Source of the DNA: an uncultured Candidatus Binatia bacterium
Lineage (GTDB): Bacteria > Desulfobacterota > Binatia > UBA9968 > JAJDTQ01
DNA length: 64,000 nt
Assembly (NCBI GenBank): GCA_965215605.1
Contig: OZ244070.1
Location: 864,001-928,000 of the forward strand
Direction of reading: 5' to 3'
Shown: positions 28,064 to 38,098 of the stretch, piece by piece
Numbering within the stretch: the stretch's first letter is position 1
How the letters are laid out: every line of letters begins with the position of its first letter
Translations under genes and position numbers: made by a program
The notes under the pieces: generated by a model
Told to the model about the DNA's origin: nothing
Databases searched by the model: none
The model's input: the letters and a program-made list of their open reading frames with translations, nothing else

Positions 28064-28689
28064 CCCGCCTCGGGCCCTTGGGACTCGCCCGGCCCAAGCC
28101 GGCCGCGACCTCCCGGCGGCGCGCGGCGCGTCGGTGGAGGCCGAAGTGCCGAAGCCCCACTGACGGGGAAGTCGCCGTGAACGGGTCAGCGAAGGTGATT
28201 GTCGTCGTGGAGCAGCTCTTCTTCCATTTCGCGGGGCCGGGAATAGCGGGCTGTGCGCAACACCTATTCGTGTACCTCGCCGTCACTTTCCGGCAACTCG
28301 TAACCGGAGAAGGCGGACCAGTCGCGGTAAGGGAACCCCCGCCACAGGGCGCCCGCGAGGCTTGCGACGACGGTCCGGGCAATTACAGCCACCCAGAGCG
28401 GGCCGATATGCTCCGCGCCCGCGTCGAGACCAAGCGCCGCGGCCGGGTAGACGGCGGCGATAGCGAGCCCGCCGAGCACGAAGGCGCGGGCGCGCCAGGT
28501 GGTCCGGCACACGCCCCGGCCTGGGGCCGGGCTGCCGTCCTGAGTTATGAATGTTCTCCTCATGTTCATGGTCTCCACTCTGCCGGCGGGAACGGCGCGG
28601 GCGCCCGCCTGGGTCCCGGGGATTCGCCCGGTCCAAGCCGGCCGCGACCTCCTGGCGACGGGCAGCGTGTCGGAGGAGGCCGAAGCGCC
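28064..28689. repeat. Pair of about 87-bp direct repeats (28064-28150 and 28604-28689), each upstream of a small gene
   Basis: Shared TCGCCCGG(C/T)CCAAGCCGGCCGCGACCTCC...GTCGG(T/A)GGAGGCCGAAG. Confidence 0.85.
28264..28578 (-). CDS. Small membrane protein
   Basis: Two hydrophobic segments; lies between the two repeats. Confidence 0.5.
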   Translation of the reverse strand: METMNMRRTFITQDGSPAPGRGVCRTTWRARAFVLGGLAIAAVYPAAALGLDAGAEHIGPLWVAVIARTVVASLAGALWRGFPYRDWSAFSGYELPESDGEVHE

Positions 28690-28903
28690 AGGTAGATGTG
28701 TGGCTGGAGACCGCGGCCGCGCTTATGCAGACCGTGGCCGCTTGGTCCTGCCGGCGAATCATTCCAAGGCGGCTATGGATGCACGGACGGGTTCGTCGGC
28801 GATGGACTCGACCTCTTCACGCTAGAGGCTCGCGAAAGGAGACACATTGAGGCCTCGGCCTGTCGGTCCGTGGCGGTGGACGTTGCGTATGTCACTCGGT
28901 GAA

Positions 28904-28937
28904 TGTCATTGACAACATCAACGGTAATGTCTATAGT
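28904..28937 (+). promoter_or_regulatory. Sigma70 promoter with palindrome over the -35
   Basis: TTGACA (28909)-17 bp-TATAGT (28932); TGTCA-T-TGACA palindrome at 28904-28914. Confidence 0.75.
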
Positions 28938-28984
28938 AGCTTCTACTGAAACGTCAATTCAGACGCAACGTGGAAGGACGCAGG

Positions 28985-30262
28985 ATGGCGAAAACACAAG
29001 CGCTGTTTCCTCGGTCGGTCAGAGCTGCACCTGAACCACTGGGATGGTACCTCCGCCCATCGTACGTTGACCATCGAGCAATTGCCGACGCGGTCGCTGG
29101 TCGCTTGGTTGGTTTACATGGGGTGGTATTCGATCCTCTCTATGAGGATCGGCATTCCGAGTTGCGTCACTTGATGGTTGATCGAACCCTGGATGCGGTC
29201 CTAGATCCAAGAACTCAGGAGTTGGGGTCGATAGGCGGCTTCAACCAGCGTCTGTCTGCATTGCCTTGGGCTTTGGGTCGGCCGCACCGGCCAGATGATT
29301 TCGCTGATCTGGGTCGGATCGTAGATTCGATGGCTCAGTATGTTGTGGAGAAGCGCTACACGGCAGTTCTCGCTCCGACCCACTACATCCAAGGTGCCAA
29401 CAGCCCGTGGTTGGGAATTGACACGCGATCGACAGGATACCTACGGCAATATCTCGATAGGGCGGGTGCGGAGGACGTGCCAATTTTCTATTCCCTAGCG
29501 ATTTCGTATGAGGCATTTCGCTCGGCGGAGGAACGGAATACTATCCTGGAAATGCTGAAGGATCTGCCCATCGAATCCGTGTGGCTTAAGGTTTCCCAAA
29601 GCGGCTCGCTAACCCATGCGGCGGTCAGGAACTTTGTGAATGGGGCTGCTGAATTTCACTCACTGGGCGTGCCGCTCATTGGAGACATGATGGGTGGGTT
29701 ACGCGGCCTCAGCGCGTTGGCCTTCGGCGCGGTCGGAGGAATTTGCCACGGAGTGACACAGAAGGAGGGTTTCAGCGCAAGTTCATGGACGAGGCCCGCG
29801 AGTTCCGGCAACCCGGGGTTTACATGGCCTACAAGAATCTACGTGGCTCCTCTGGGTATTCATCTGAAGAGAGAGGAGGCAACGGCGTTCTTTGGAGCAC
29901 GTGGGTCGAAATCGCGGTTTGGTTGTAGGGAGAAGGCATGCTGTCCAAAGGGTCTGAAAGATATGGTGGACAATCCGGTTCGGCACAGTCTTGTCCAGCG
30001 TTTGGGCGAAGTCCGACGCCTCAGCGCCGTCCCCGAAGAGATCCGCGCACAGCACTTTCTTGAGGAAACACTTCGCCCGGCGACAGATGCGGCAGTTTTC
30101 GCGGAGTCGCTTTCATTCGAGTCCCAAGAGTATTTGGCAAAGCGAATGAGTGAAAACAGGAAGGTGTTGGAGCGTCTTCGTGTAGGCTTGGGCAGACTTG
30201 TACAAGAGGGTCCCGTGCCGTCGTTTTCGCGGATACCCCTGCGTCGTGCGATGCGGAGGTGA
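28985..30262 (+). CDS. Uncharacterised protein, probable TIM barrel with Cys/His metal site (TGT/beta-protein-like)
   Basis: Long clean ORF; alternating beta/alpha segments (AVLDP, VLAPTHY, SVWLKV, ALAFGA..GICHG); CREKACC...H near the C-terminus. Fold is inferred. Confidence 0.6.
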   Translation: MAKTQALFPRSVRAAPEPLGWYLRPSYVDHRAIADAVAGRLVGLHGVVFDPLYEDRHSELRHLMVDRTLDAVLDPRTQELGSIGGFNQRLSALPWALGRPHRPDDFADLGRIVDSMAQYVVEKRYTAVLAPTHYIQGANSPWLGIDTRSTGYLRQYLDRAGAEDVPIFYSLAISYEAFRSAEERNTILEMLKDLPIESVWLKVSQSGSLTHAAVRNFVNGAAEFHSLGVPLIGDMMGGLRGLSALAFGAVGGICHGVTQKEGFSASSWTRPASSGNPGFTWPTRIYVAPLGIHLKREEATAFFGARGSKSRFGCREKACCPKGLKDMVDNPVRHSLVQRLGEVRRLSAVPEEIRAQHFLEETLRPATDAAVFAESLSFESQEYLAKRMSENRKVLERLRVGLGRLVQEGPVPSFSRIPLRRAMRR

Positions 30263-30304
30263 GTGAGTCTTCGCGCGTGATGAGCCAGAACATGGAGGCT
30301 ACTA

Positions 30305-30664
30305 ATGGCAAATTTAATCGCAGAAAAGAACGTCGTGGCTGAAAAACTTGATCTCTTAAAAAGCCGAGCAGCCATTCGGGCGGTTGACGTGGCGAATATG
30401 CTCGGGACTACTCCTGAAACAGTCTCTCGGTGGAATCAAGGGCGCGCCTATCCCAGGCCGGTCAAGGAGAACCTTCTTGTTGATTTAGAGTATATAGTGA
30501 AGCGACTCTCGGAATTCTATTCCGACCCGAAAACGGCACGAGCATGGTTGTATTCTCGGCACAGGTACTTCAACGGCCTTCGACCTGCTGATTTGATTCA
30601 GGAAGGGCGAATTGACGAGGTCCTGGAGGCCATTCAGGCTATGGCTGATCCAACGTACACGTAG
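30305..30664 (+). CDS. HTH plus MbcA/ParS-type antitoxin
   Basis: DVANMLGTTPETVSRW (HTH); ARAWL...FNGLRPADLI. Confidence 0.8.
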   Translation: MANLIAEKNVVAEKLDLLKSRAAIRAVDVANMLGTTPETVSRWNQGRAYPRPVKENLLVDLEYIVKRLSEFYSDPKTARAWLYSRHRYFNGLRPADLIQEGRIDEVLEAIQAMADPTYT

Positions 30665-30682
30665 GCTTGGAGCGGTCCGCAG

Positions 30683-31204
30683 ATGTTGCAGCGCGACCCG
30701 GATTTGCTCGAACATCTAGAGGGTTGCCGCCAAACGGCGGTCGAGGGAGTTGTCCATCGAGTGGTTTGGGCTAACAAGAGCCCCGTCCAAGGTAGTAACG
30801 GGGCACGCGGTCGTTGGAACAGTCCCGATTGTCAGTTTGAGGTCCTCAACACGTCATTTGAAGCGGAAGGGGCCAGCGCAGAATTCGAAGCGTTCTGGTC
30901 GCTGTTCGTGCAAAGACCTGACCGGCAGGCACTAAACTGGAAACTGAGAGTTCGACTAAAGCGTGTTGTGGAGTTGAATTTTGAGGACCTTGAACAGCTC
31001 GGGATAAAACAGGCAGACTATCAAGGCCGAGATTATTCACGCACTCAAGAAGTTGCTGACGGTCTGAATTTTTTGGGATGTGACGGCCTAATCGTGCCGT
31101 CTGCACGATACGACTGCAAGAATCTTATTATTTTCATGCAAAATCTGGATAAGGGTTGTTTCTTAGAGGAAGATGAATCGAGTGAGTTCCGTTGGTCAGC
31201 GTAG
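30683..31204 (+). CDS. RES domain toxin (NAD+-consuming family)
   Basis: HRVV, GRWN, LNTS...AE, Y..TQ..A, GLIVPSAR, NLIIF. Confidence 0.85.
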   Translation: MLQRDPDLLEHLEGCRQTAVEGVVHRVVWANKSPVQGSNGARGRWNSPDCQFEVLNTSFEAEGASAEFEAFWSLFVQRPDRQALNWKLRVRLKRVVELNFEDLEQLGIKQADYQGRDYSRTQEVADGLNFLGCDGLIVPSARYDCKNLIIFMQNLDKGCFLEEDESSEFRWSA

Positions 31205-31410
31205 ACGCTCTCTATCTCCAAGGGGACATCGCATCTAACTGATGTGTGTAGGATCTCGCGGTAGTCAGCAGAGCGCGTAGTTGGAATGAGGGATTTGGGT
31301 GATGACTGTTTGAGTAGGCGGATATTACCTGATGATGCCGAGGAGAAGCGCCGAGACTTGTCGGTAACGCAGTAGAACCGGAAGGGATTGACTCCCTGGT
31401 CGAACAGGCT

Positions 31411-31760
31411 TTGCACGATAGAGTTCTCAGCAAGAAGATGCCCGACTACCGCAAGGCATACAGCGATCGAGCCGCCTGGCTCATGGCCTACATGTCGGAA
31501 TTGGCCCATCTGAAGTTCGACAAACCCGCCTTCGAGGGAGAGGCCGTTCTTAAGCTCGTCCAACGTGCCCTGAGAGAACTGCCGAAGAGCTCTGGCGCGA
31601 AGATATTGGGAGCCATCACGAAGGCCTGCGGACAAGATTACGAAGCTGAAGAAGCCAGACTGAGTAGTCGGTTGAAGAAGATCGGCTGGACCTTGGCGAA
31701 AACTATCAGCGTAAACGCCACCCAGGCCTTTGTAGGCTACAGTAAGGATCACGCCGTCTT
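31411..31760 (+). pseudogene. Truncated lipase class 3-like N-terminal fragment
   Basis: YRKAYSDRAAWLMAYMSELA...TQAFV, cut off before the expected FRGT/GHSLG motifs by IS DNA. Confidence 0.5.
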
Positions 31761-32240
31761 CAAACGGCTTGGGGCATGCGGTCAGGTGCTCTCGTCTATC
31801 CGGCCTGTTGGTGCGGCTGTCAGGAGCCGCTGGCCCGTATGGAGATACGCGGGTCGGATCTACATCGCTTACGCGAGCTTGAAGGCTCTCTGGATTCAGC
31901 TGGTTTGCCCGATCTCGTCTCGTTGACCGTTTGCCCTATCTCGTTCTCCGTCCTGCCCAGATCTCCCGACGGCTCCCGCGCTTCGCCGTTTCAGGCGGCG
32001 GCGGCAACCCGGTAAATCTCCCTCTTTGTCATCAGCGCCCAGACGATCTGCGCCATTCGGTTGGCCAGCGGCACTGCGATCAGCATCCTCGGTTTGCACG
32101 CCAGCATCCTGGCGAGCCAGGGATCGGTCGTCACCTCACGCCGAACCGCCCGCGGGCGGACGGTCACGGTGCCCGAAATCAACAGCCGTGTGAGGTGGCG
32201 CTGGCCCATCTTCGATGTCTTGCCCATAACCAAGGCAAGT
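31760..32240 (-). mobile_element. IS110-family (IS1111-type) remnant: transposase C-terminus plus 3' non-coding end
   Basis: GKTSKMGQRHLTRLLISG...WLARML..KP...VPLANRMAQIVWALMTKREIYR, then a GGCAAACGGTC..GATCGGGCAAACCAG...CCATACGGGCCAGCGG tail. Confidence 0.75.
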
Positions 32241-32349
32241 ACTTCTGTGGAAGATCCATTTGTCGACGTTTGATGGCGGCCCCAACTGTCGGTTTGCCAG
32301 CCACCCGTCCATGCGCGAAAGGGGTACAGAATCAGACATGACATGTTCG

Positions 32350-35300
32350 TTACTGGATCGTCGCGTCGGGGTCGCCGGCGCTCAAGGCGTTGGTCCAAGC
32401 GAGGCCGAGTTCACAGGAGCGGTAGCGGCCCCAGGCCTTCCGCTCCTCGCGCTCAAGAATTGGGAAGGTCGAGTAGATGTAGCGGATATCATCGCGGTCG
32501 GTCACACCGTAGAGGTGGAAATAGAGCGCATCCAGTTTGGCGCGGAGATAGAGGCGGCGGTCCTCGTCCCAGCGGAAGGGTGGCCGCACCTCGCCTGTCT
32601 CGTCCACATAGCCCATGTCACGGGCGAAGAGAGCCATGTCATGTGCCGTATAGGTGAGCTCCAACACTGCCTCCCGCAGGATCTCCGCTGCTGTTTTCGG
32701 TCCGAAGTGCGTAGCTTGGTAGTGCTCCAACGGTACGACTGGGAGTTGCTCGAGAATGAAGAGATTGAGCGTCTGACCCTGAACCTTTTGGCGTGTCACG
32801 AAGTCGAAAACCACCGCGTTAAAATTGGCGGCCAGCAGCCATTCGCTCCGATCCGGCATTTCCGGTTCTAGGATAGGAACCTTGTTGCCGAATCCAACTG
32901 CCGGAAAGAGCGCAGCTATGAATGTCCTTATGTTGGTCGCTGCGGTGATCTCCTTGAAGCCGAGAACCCAGCCCAACTGAGACGACCACCCGCATTTCGA
33001 CGCCGGCACCCAGTATTGCGGGTCAGGCAGCCAGTGCGGGTCCTTGTGCTGTTCGTTAGAGGCCGCCTCGGGCTGTGCGGGTCGGTGGCGATTCGTGGGT
33101 TTGACGATGACGCTGGCGGCGCGGTGGTCGAACGCCTGCACCATCTTGCCTTCGTAGAGCGGCACCCAATCGCCGCTTGGGCTGGCGTAGCGATTGCTGC
33201 CGATGGGCCATGCGCCTTCGTTTTCTTCAAGTTCAGTCCGCGTACGAAACAGGCCGGAGTCGTTGGTCATATGGAACACGGTCGTATATTTCACCGGCCA
33301 AGTCTTGATGGCCTCGTCCGAAGAGCGGTCTAACAGTATCGGCAAACGGTCGTAGATTGAGGTGGTAAGTTCCGCGGCGCGGCGAGAGCGGAAAATCGGG
33401 GCCGTGCCGGTGTTCGGGTTAAAGCGAGCAAAATCCTCCGCGCTCAACGGGAAGCAGCGATCCGGATCCCCGAGTTCCGACACACTCTGTAGGAAGAAGG
33501 CGCATTTCGCGTCGCCTGAGAGCGGCGAGGGGCTCGCCGAGAAGGTGCAGAATTTGAAGCTTCTGTGGACATCCGGGAAGAATGGCGACGCATCGTGCTG
33601 CGGGCGCCCGTTCTCGAAATCGTAGAGGGCTTTCAACCTGCCTTCGGTCGACACGCCCTTGAAGAACCGCGCTGCGGTCTTGTCCGACGCGATGCCGGAA
33701 GGGATGAGAAGGCCGACCATGCCGTCGCGTGTGACCAGCGTCATCGCGCGCTCGACGAACAGCGAGTAGAGGTTTATGTCGCCTTTGGACAACAGTGGAT
33801 AGTCGCCACCGTTGCGTGCGATGCGGAGCGCGGTGGTAGCTTGGTCATTGGCCCGTGCAAAGTCCTGCGCAAGTGGGTCATCCGCCCTCTCCAGATCAGT
33901 TATCATGCGCTTGCGGTCGGCTGCGCGTGGAGCCATGGCAATTTCCGGGCGGCGCGCGGCGAACCACTCGACCTGCTGCAACTTCATCCGGTCCCAGGGC
34001 GGGTTGCCGATCACGGCGTCGAACCCGCCCGTCAAACCGGGCGTTTCCCAGTCCGACCAGACACCGGGAAACGCCACCTGCCAGTTCAGGAAGCGTTCTT
34101 CGGCGATGAGTCGTTGAGCCTGCTCCAGCATCTCGGCGAAGCGCTCCGCTTCCGGAGCTTCTCTCCGAATTTCGATCTTGCCGAACGCAATATCGATGGG
34201 ATCGCCGAATCTCCCTTCGAGCCAACCGAAAAAGGGACCCTCGTCTTGCGGGCCACGAAGATCCATCCAGTCGAAGGCATGGAGTAGGGACAGAAACGCA
34301 TTCAGCGGTGCCGTCATCTCCGAGACCTCAGCAAACACGTCGGCGGACCGATGTGCCTCCGCAATTTCGGCATCTGTCAAAGCCTCTATGATCTGCATGG
34401 GCGACGCGGACCGTGTAGCTCGGTTCACAGGGCCTTGAAGGAAGAGTGATCCACCTCGGCGCGTCGCCCTTTCGATGGCGCCCAGCACCCAAGCGCCGAA
34501 CAGGCTGTCGCCGCAACGTAAGTGATGGTCCAGGAAGCTGAGCGGAGCTCCGACCGTGAAGGTGTGCAGCCACAGCGACACCTTCGCCAACTCCACAGCC
34601 ATCGGGTTTTTGTCCACGCCGTAGACACAGCGTTTAAGAACCATGCGGCGGACGATGTGTCGGTCGTCGAGTTGTGCAGGATCGAACGTCCAGCCGCGAT
34701 CCTCGGCATTGGCCATGATCGTGCTGCGGATACTGTCGATTCGCTTGTTCAGAGGCGAGATGTAGCCGTCGCACACGGCTTCCGATTCCGCCATCGCAGC
34801 GATGACCCGGTCAGCGAGATAGTCCACGAGGTTTACCAGAAAGTGTCCCGAACCCATCGACGGGTCGCAGACCTTAAGGTCGAGCAGCCTCTCCGCTGGA
34901 TCGAGCTTTTTCAATCGACGCTTCCGGCGGTCTTCGGGCAACTGACTCGATGCGAGTTGGGACGCTTCAGTGGCAAAGGCATCCGTACGTGCCTGTACAA
35001 GGGGTTCGACAGTCTCACCGATAATCAGGCCGACAAGGTCGTCGGGCGTGTAGTAGCTGCCGGAATCCTTCCGCGCGTAGACGTTCGGTCGAACGACGAT
35101 GTCATCGCCGTCGCGAACGATCTCCTGTTCCAGCAACCGCTCATAGATCGAACCCAATTGCTGAACGCCGAGGTCGCGGTAGTTGATATAGCGCCTGCCC
35201 TCCGGCGCTTGCTCGAACGAGAGCGCGTCGATCACGCCGGCCATTACCGCATCTCCCAGCCGGATGCGATCCAGAAGTGGCGTGCGGCGTCGGTCGAACA

Positions 35301-36423
35301 GTCCGCCATTGTAGGGTGGCAGGCCGATTGCAGCGTCACCTTGGTCAATGGCGCGACTCAGATTGTCGATCAATGACCAATATATTGAAGCGTTTTCGGA
35401 GAAGGCATCGCCCGCATCCTTGCGGTGTCCTACGTCGCCGCGAACCCTTTCCCGGAGCGCGTAGTCGTCGTACCGCGAATCGCGAACCGGCAGCAGGTCA
35501 CGGTCTTCAGCATAGAAGATGAACAGCAGGCGGTAGAGTAGAACCAACGCCGCTTCCCGCACCTCGGCCAACGGTACGTCCGGCGCGGCCCGCGCGACCG
35601 CACGGGCAAGATCCGGGAAGACCGTTTCAAAGACTAGTTCGGACAGGCTTGCAGCAACTCGTTCCCGGTAGAAGTGGCCCCTGTCGATAGCCTGCTCATG
35701 GAATGTTCGTTCGTCGACCGCGCCTGGCAGGAATGCTCTACACCGGAATATGAGGGCGAACACCTTGAGCCAATGGCGGCGCTCCTCCCCGTCCAGGGCG
35801 AACAGGCCGTCGTTGTGGCCGGGCAGGTTCAGAACGGCGGCTAGGTCGATTTCAAAAAACTGTTCCGAGACGGATAGGGCGCGCTGCCAATAGAGGCGCC
35901 ATTTTGCCCCGTTGGTTAGAATCCCCCAGCGGAGCCGTCCGGTTGTCAGATCATCGACCCGCCGCAAATAGCGCAGCATTTGCGTGGAGGGTGCTGTCTC
36001 CTCGCCGCGTCGTCCCGACCGCCGGTCGAGGGGACGTAGCCAGCGTTTCGATTCCACGATGGCGAGGCCATGTTGGTACCTTTTCCACTCCTCCGTGAAG
36101 CGGTTGGCCTGTTCCTTTGCTGCATTGTGCGCGAACAACAGTCCGTCGGGTACGGCCTCGCGACCGTGGGCTGAAAGGTTCTGCTGGCGCAAGTTCGCTG
36201 TCCACCCGAGCTGGCCGAAAACGGGCCAGATCAGATCGTCCTCCGTCTGACTCTCATTGGGTAATCGGTCAGCCGGGAAGCGGGCGAATATATCCCGCAA
36301 GGTGGACTCGACGCTGTGGAGCATCAATTCGTCGAAATCCTGCCAAGCGGGAAGATCGACGATGGACTCGCGAAGGAAATCCTCGGCAAAGAGGCTTCCC
36401 TGAAACGGCCTGCCACCGCTCAC
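32350..36423 (-). CDS. Type IIG restriction-modification enzyme (Eco57I-like fusion)
   Basis: PD...ESK nuclease, ILTNG..WRLY, GSYYTP, DPSMGSGHFL, GNPPW. Confidence 0.9.
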   Translation of the reverse strand: MSGGRPFQGSLFAEDFLRESIVDLPAWQDFDELMLHSVESTLRDIFARFPADRLPNESQTEDDLIWPVFGQLGWTANLRQQNLSAHGREAVPDGLLFAHNAAKEQANRFTEEWKRYQHGLAIVESKRWLRPLDRRSGRRGEETAPSTQMLRYLRRVDDLTTGRLRWGILTNGAKWRLYWQRALSVSEQFFEIDLAAVLNLPGHNDGLFALDGEERRHWLKVFALIFRCRAFLPGAVDERTFHEQAIDRGHFYRERVAASLSELVFETVFPDLARAVARAAPDVPLAEVREAALVLLYRLLFIFYAEDRDLLPVRDSRYDDYALRERVRGDVGHRKDAGDAFSENASIYWSLIDNLSRAIDQGDAAIGLPPYNGGLFDRRRTPLLDRIRLGDAVMAGVIDALSFEQAPEGRRYINYRDLGVQQLGSIYERLLEQEIVRDGDDIVVRPNVYARKDSGSYYTPDDLVGLIIGETVEPLVQARTDAFATEASQLASSQLPEDRRKRRLKKLDPAERLLDLKVCDPSMGSGHFLVNLVDYLADRVIAAMAESEAVCDGYISPLNKRIDSIRSTIMANAEDRGWTFDPAQLDDRHIVRRMVLKRCVYGVDKNPMAVELAKVSLWLHTFTVGAPLSFLDHHLRCGDSLFGAWVLGAIERATRRGGSLFLQGPVNRATRSASPMQIIEALTDAEIAEAHRSADVFAEVSEMTAPLNAFLSLLHAFDWMDLRGPQDEGPFFGWLEGRFGDPIDIAFGKIEIRREAPEAERFAEMLEQAQRLIAEERFLNWQVAFPGVWSDWETPGLTGGFDAVIGNPPWDRMKLQQVEWFAARRPEIAMAPRAADRKRMITDLERADDPLAQDFARANDQATTALRIARNGGDYPLLSKGDINLYSLFVERAMTLVTRDGMVGLLIPSGIASDKTAARFFKGVSTEGRLKALYDFENGRPQHDASPFFPDVHRSFKFCTFSASPSPLSGDAKCAFFLQSVSELGDPDRCFPLSAEDFARFNPNTGTAPIFRSRRAAELTTSIYDRLPILLDRSSDEAIKTWPVKYTTVFHMTNDSGLFRTRTELEENEGAWPIGSNRYASPSGDWVPLYEGKMVQAFDHRAASVIVKPTNRHRPAQPEAASNEQHKDPHWLPDPQYWVPASKCGWSSQLGWVLGFKEITAATNIRTFIAALFPAVGFGNKVPILEPEMPDRSEWLLAANFNAVVFDFVTRQKVQGQTLNLFILEQLPVVPLEHYQATHFGPKTAAEILREAVLELTYTAHDMALFARDMGYVDETGEVRPPFRWDEDRRLYLRAKLDALYFHLYGVTDRDDIRYIYSTFPILEREERKAWGRYRSCELGLAWTNALSAGDPDATIQ

Positions 36424-36535
36424 CGTTCAGCCTCCCAGACCCTTTCGGATACCTTGCGGGCAGTCTCTAGACAGGATCGTTTCATACGAAATACCGGTCG
36501 GTTTCGGCCGAGCGGAGTCCCTGCTCGTTCTCTGG

Positions 36536-36853
36536 TCATGCAATCCCCGGGGCGGCGCTCTTTCCGAAGACACCCGGCCTGGTCGGCAGATGGCGGATCT
36601 GGGCGCCCGTTTCCCTGTCCGCCTGAACCAGATCGTACTGTGCCTGAAGGTTAAGCCAGAACTGAGGCTCGACACCGAACCAGTGGCCCAAGCGTAGCGC
36701 GGTGTCGCCGGTGACCGAACGCTTGCCGGCGATGATCTGGCTCACCCGGTTGGCGGGCACCTCGATCTGCCGCGCCAACTCCGTCGGTGTGACACCCAGT
36801 TCTTCCAACTCGCCCTTCAGGACCTCACCGGGATGGACAGCTCTCATGAACAT
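36536..36853 (-). CDS. higA: HigA antitoxin
   Basis: VHPGEVL, GKRSVTGDTALRL, FWLNLQAQYDL. Confidence 0.9.
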   Translation of the reverse strand: MFMRAVHPGEVLKGELEELGVTPTELARQIEVPANRVSQIIAGKRSVTGDTALRLGHWFGVEPQFWLNLQAQYDLVQADRETGAQIRHLPTRPGVFGKSAAPGIA

Positions 36854-36869
36854 ACCGTCCTCCTCCTTC

Positions 36870-37157
36870 TCATCCGTGGTAGTCGACGATCTCAACATTG
36901 TCCGGTCCTGCATGCCCGTCCGGCCACTCAAAACACAGTCTCCATTGCCGATTAATGCGAATGGAGTACTGGCCTTTCCTGTCACCCCGGAGGGCCTCGA
37001 GGTGGTTTCCCGGCAAGGACCGCAGGGTATCGAGCGAAGGCGCGGCGTTCAGAACGGCGAGCCGTCTTGCTGCTTGGTCTTCGAAGCTCCGGAACGCCCT
37101 GACTGCCCGCCCTTCGGCAAACGCTCGTGCCTTTCTGTCTCGATAGCCGAGGATCAT
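36870..37157 (-). CDS. higB: HigB toxin (RelE/ParE fold)
   Basis: PGNHLEALRGDRKGQYSIRINRQWRLCF...VEIVDYH. Confidence 0.95.
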   Translation of the reverse strand: MILGYRDRKARAFAEGRAVRAFRSFEDQAARRLAVLNAAPSLDTLRSLPGNHLEALRGDRKGQYSIRINRQWRLCFEWPDGHAGPDNVEIVDYHG

Positions 37158-37216
37158 CTCCTGTCAAGATGACAAGCTAGACGATGTACGTCAAGAGTAC
37201 ACTACCTATCGCCAGC

Positions 37217-38098
37217 CTATCTGCGGCGACTTTTTGACGGCCACGGAAGTGTGCCGTCAAGTTCCTTGAGCAAAGATTCATTGTCTTCGTCCTCGTCCCA
37301 ACGCTCGCAGGTTGGCTTCCTGCTCTCGTCAAACCAGATGAGTGATAGACATTGATTCCATTCCTGCAGCACGATGGCTTCTTCTGAGACCAGCTGCCGG
37401 TTCTGGAATCCCTCGCCGAACCATACATCCGTTGAGATCTCGTCGTGGTCCTCGATCTTCGCACCACCGCGCATCAGGCGATGGGCGACGCTGCCTTCCG
37501 GCACAGGGATGTTGAATTCAATCCAGCCCTTCAACTCACGCAGGTATTTCGACCGGGACACATAGCGGATCCACCCGTCCTCGCTTAGAACAAACGCGCA
37601 GGGCTCGATTGTATTCGCGGCGAATCGAGAACCCGTTGTGGTCAATGACGCTTTGTACTCCGCCGCCAAGGACTTGACCGCATCCAGGGAAATGTTCGTG
37701 TCGGCGACTTCCTTGGCGAAGGAATCGTAGGGGAGCAAACACTCGGCGGCGAATACATCGCAAAGGATCTCTTCCTCGGGTCGCTGTCGATAGCGCAGAA
37801 GCACGTCGGTCTTTAACGTCGTGCCGTGATGCTGCGATGGCAGTCCCATCACGATGTGGGCGATCTCGTGGAGGACGGTGAAGCGCTGCCGCTCCTCCCG
37901 GTGATTGCCGTTGACGATGATGAGGTGTTTGCCCTTCAACCGGGCCGTCTGGCCGGATTCGTCCTCCGCTAGATTGTAGACGATCTTGATCTTCGCGTCT
38001 GCGGCGGTGGCTAGATGCTTGATGTCGACGGGGACCGCTTCGTTACCGGCAACCCCGATGAACTGGCGAGCCTTGAGAATCGTTTGGAACTCGTCCAT
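37217..38098 (-). CDS. capP: CapP-like IrrE/ImmA metallopeptidase
   Basis: RQRFTVLHEIAH, EEILCDVFAAECLLP; divergent from CBASS and paired with an HTH gene. Confidence 0.8.
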   Translation of the reverse strand: MDEFQTILKARQFIGVAGNEAVPVDIKHLATAADAKIKIVYNLAEDESGQTARLKGKHLIIVNGNHREERQRFTVLHEIAHIVMGLPSQHHGTTLKTDVLLRYRQRPEEEILCDVFAAECLLPYDSFAKEVADTNISLDAVKSLAAEYKASLTTTGSRFAANTIEPCAFVLSEDGWIRYVSRSKYLRELKGWIEFNIPVPEGSVAHRLMRGGAKIEDHDEISTDVWFGEGFQNRQLVSEEAIVLQEWNQCLSLIWFDESRKPTCERWDEDEDNESLLKELDGTLPWPSKSRRR

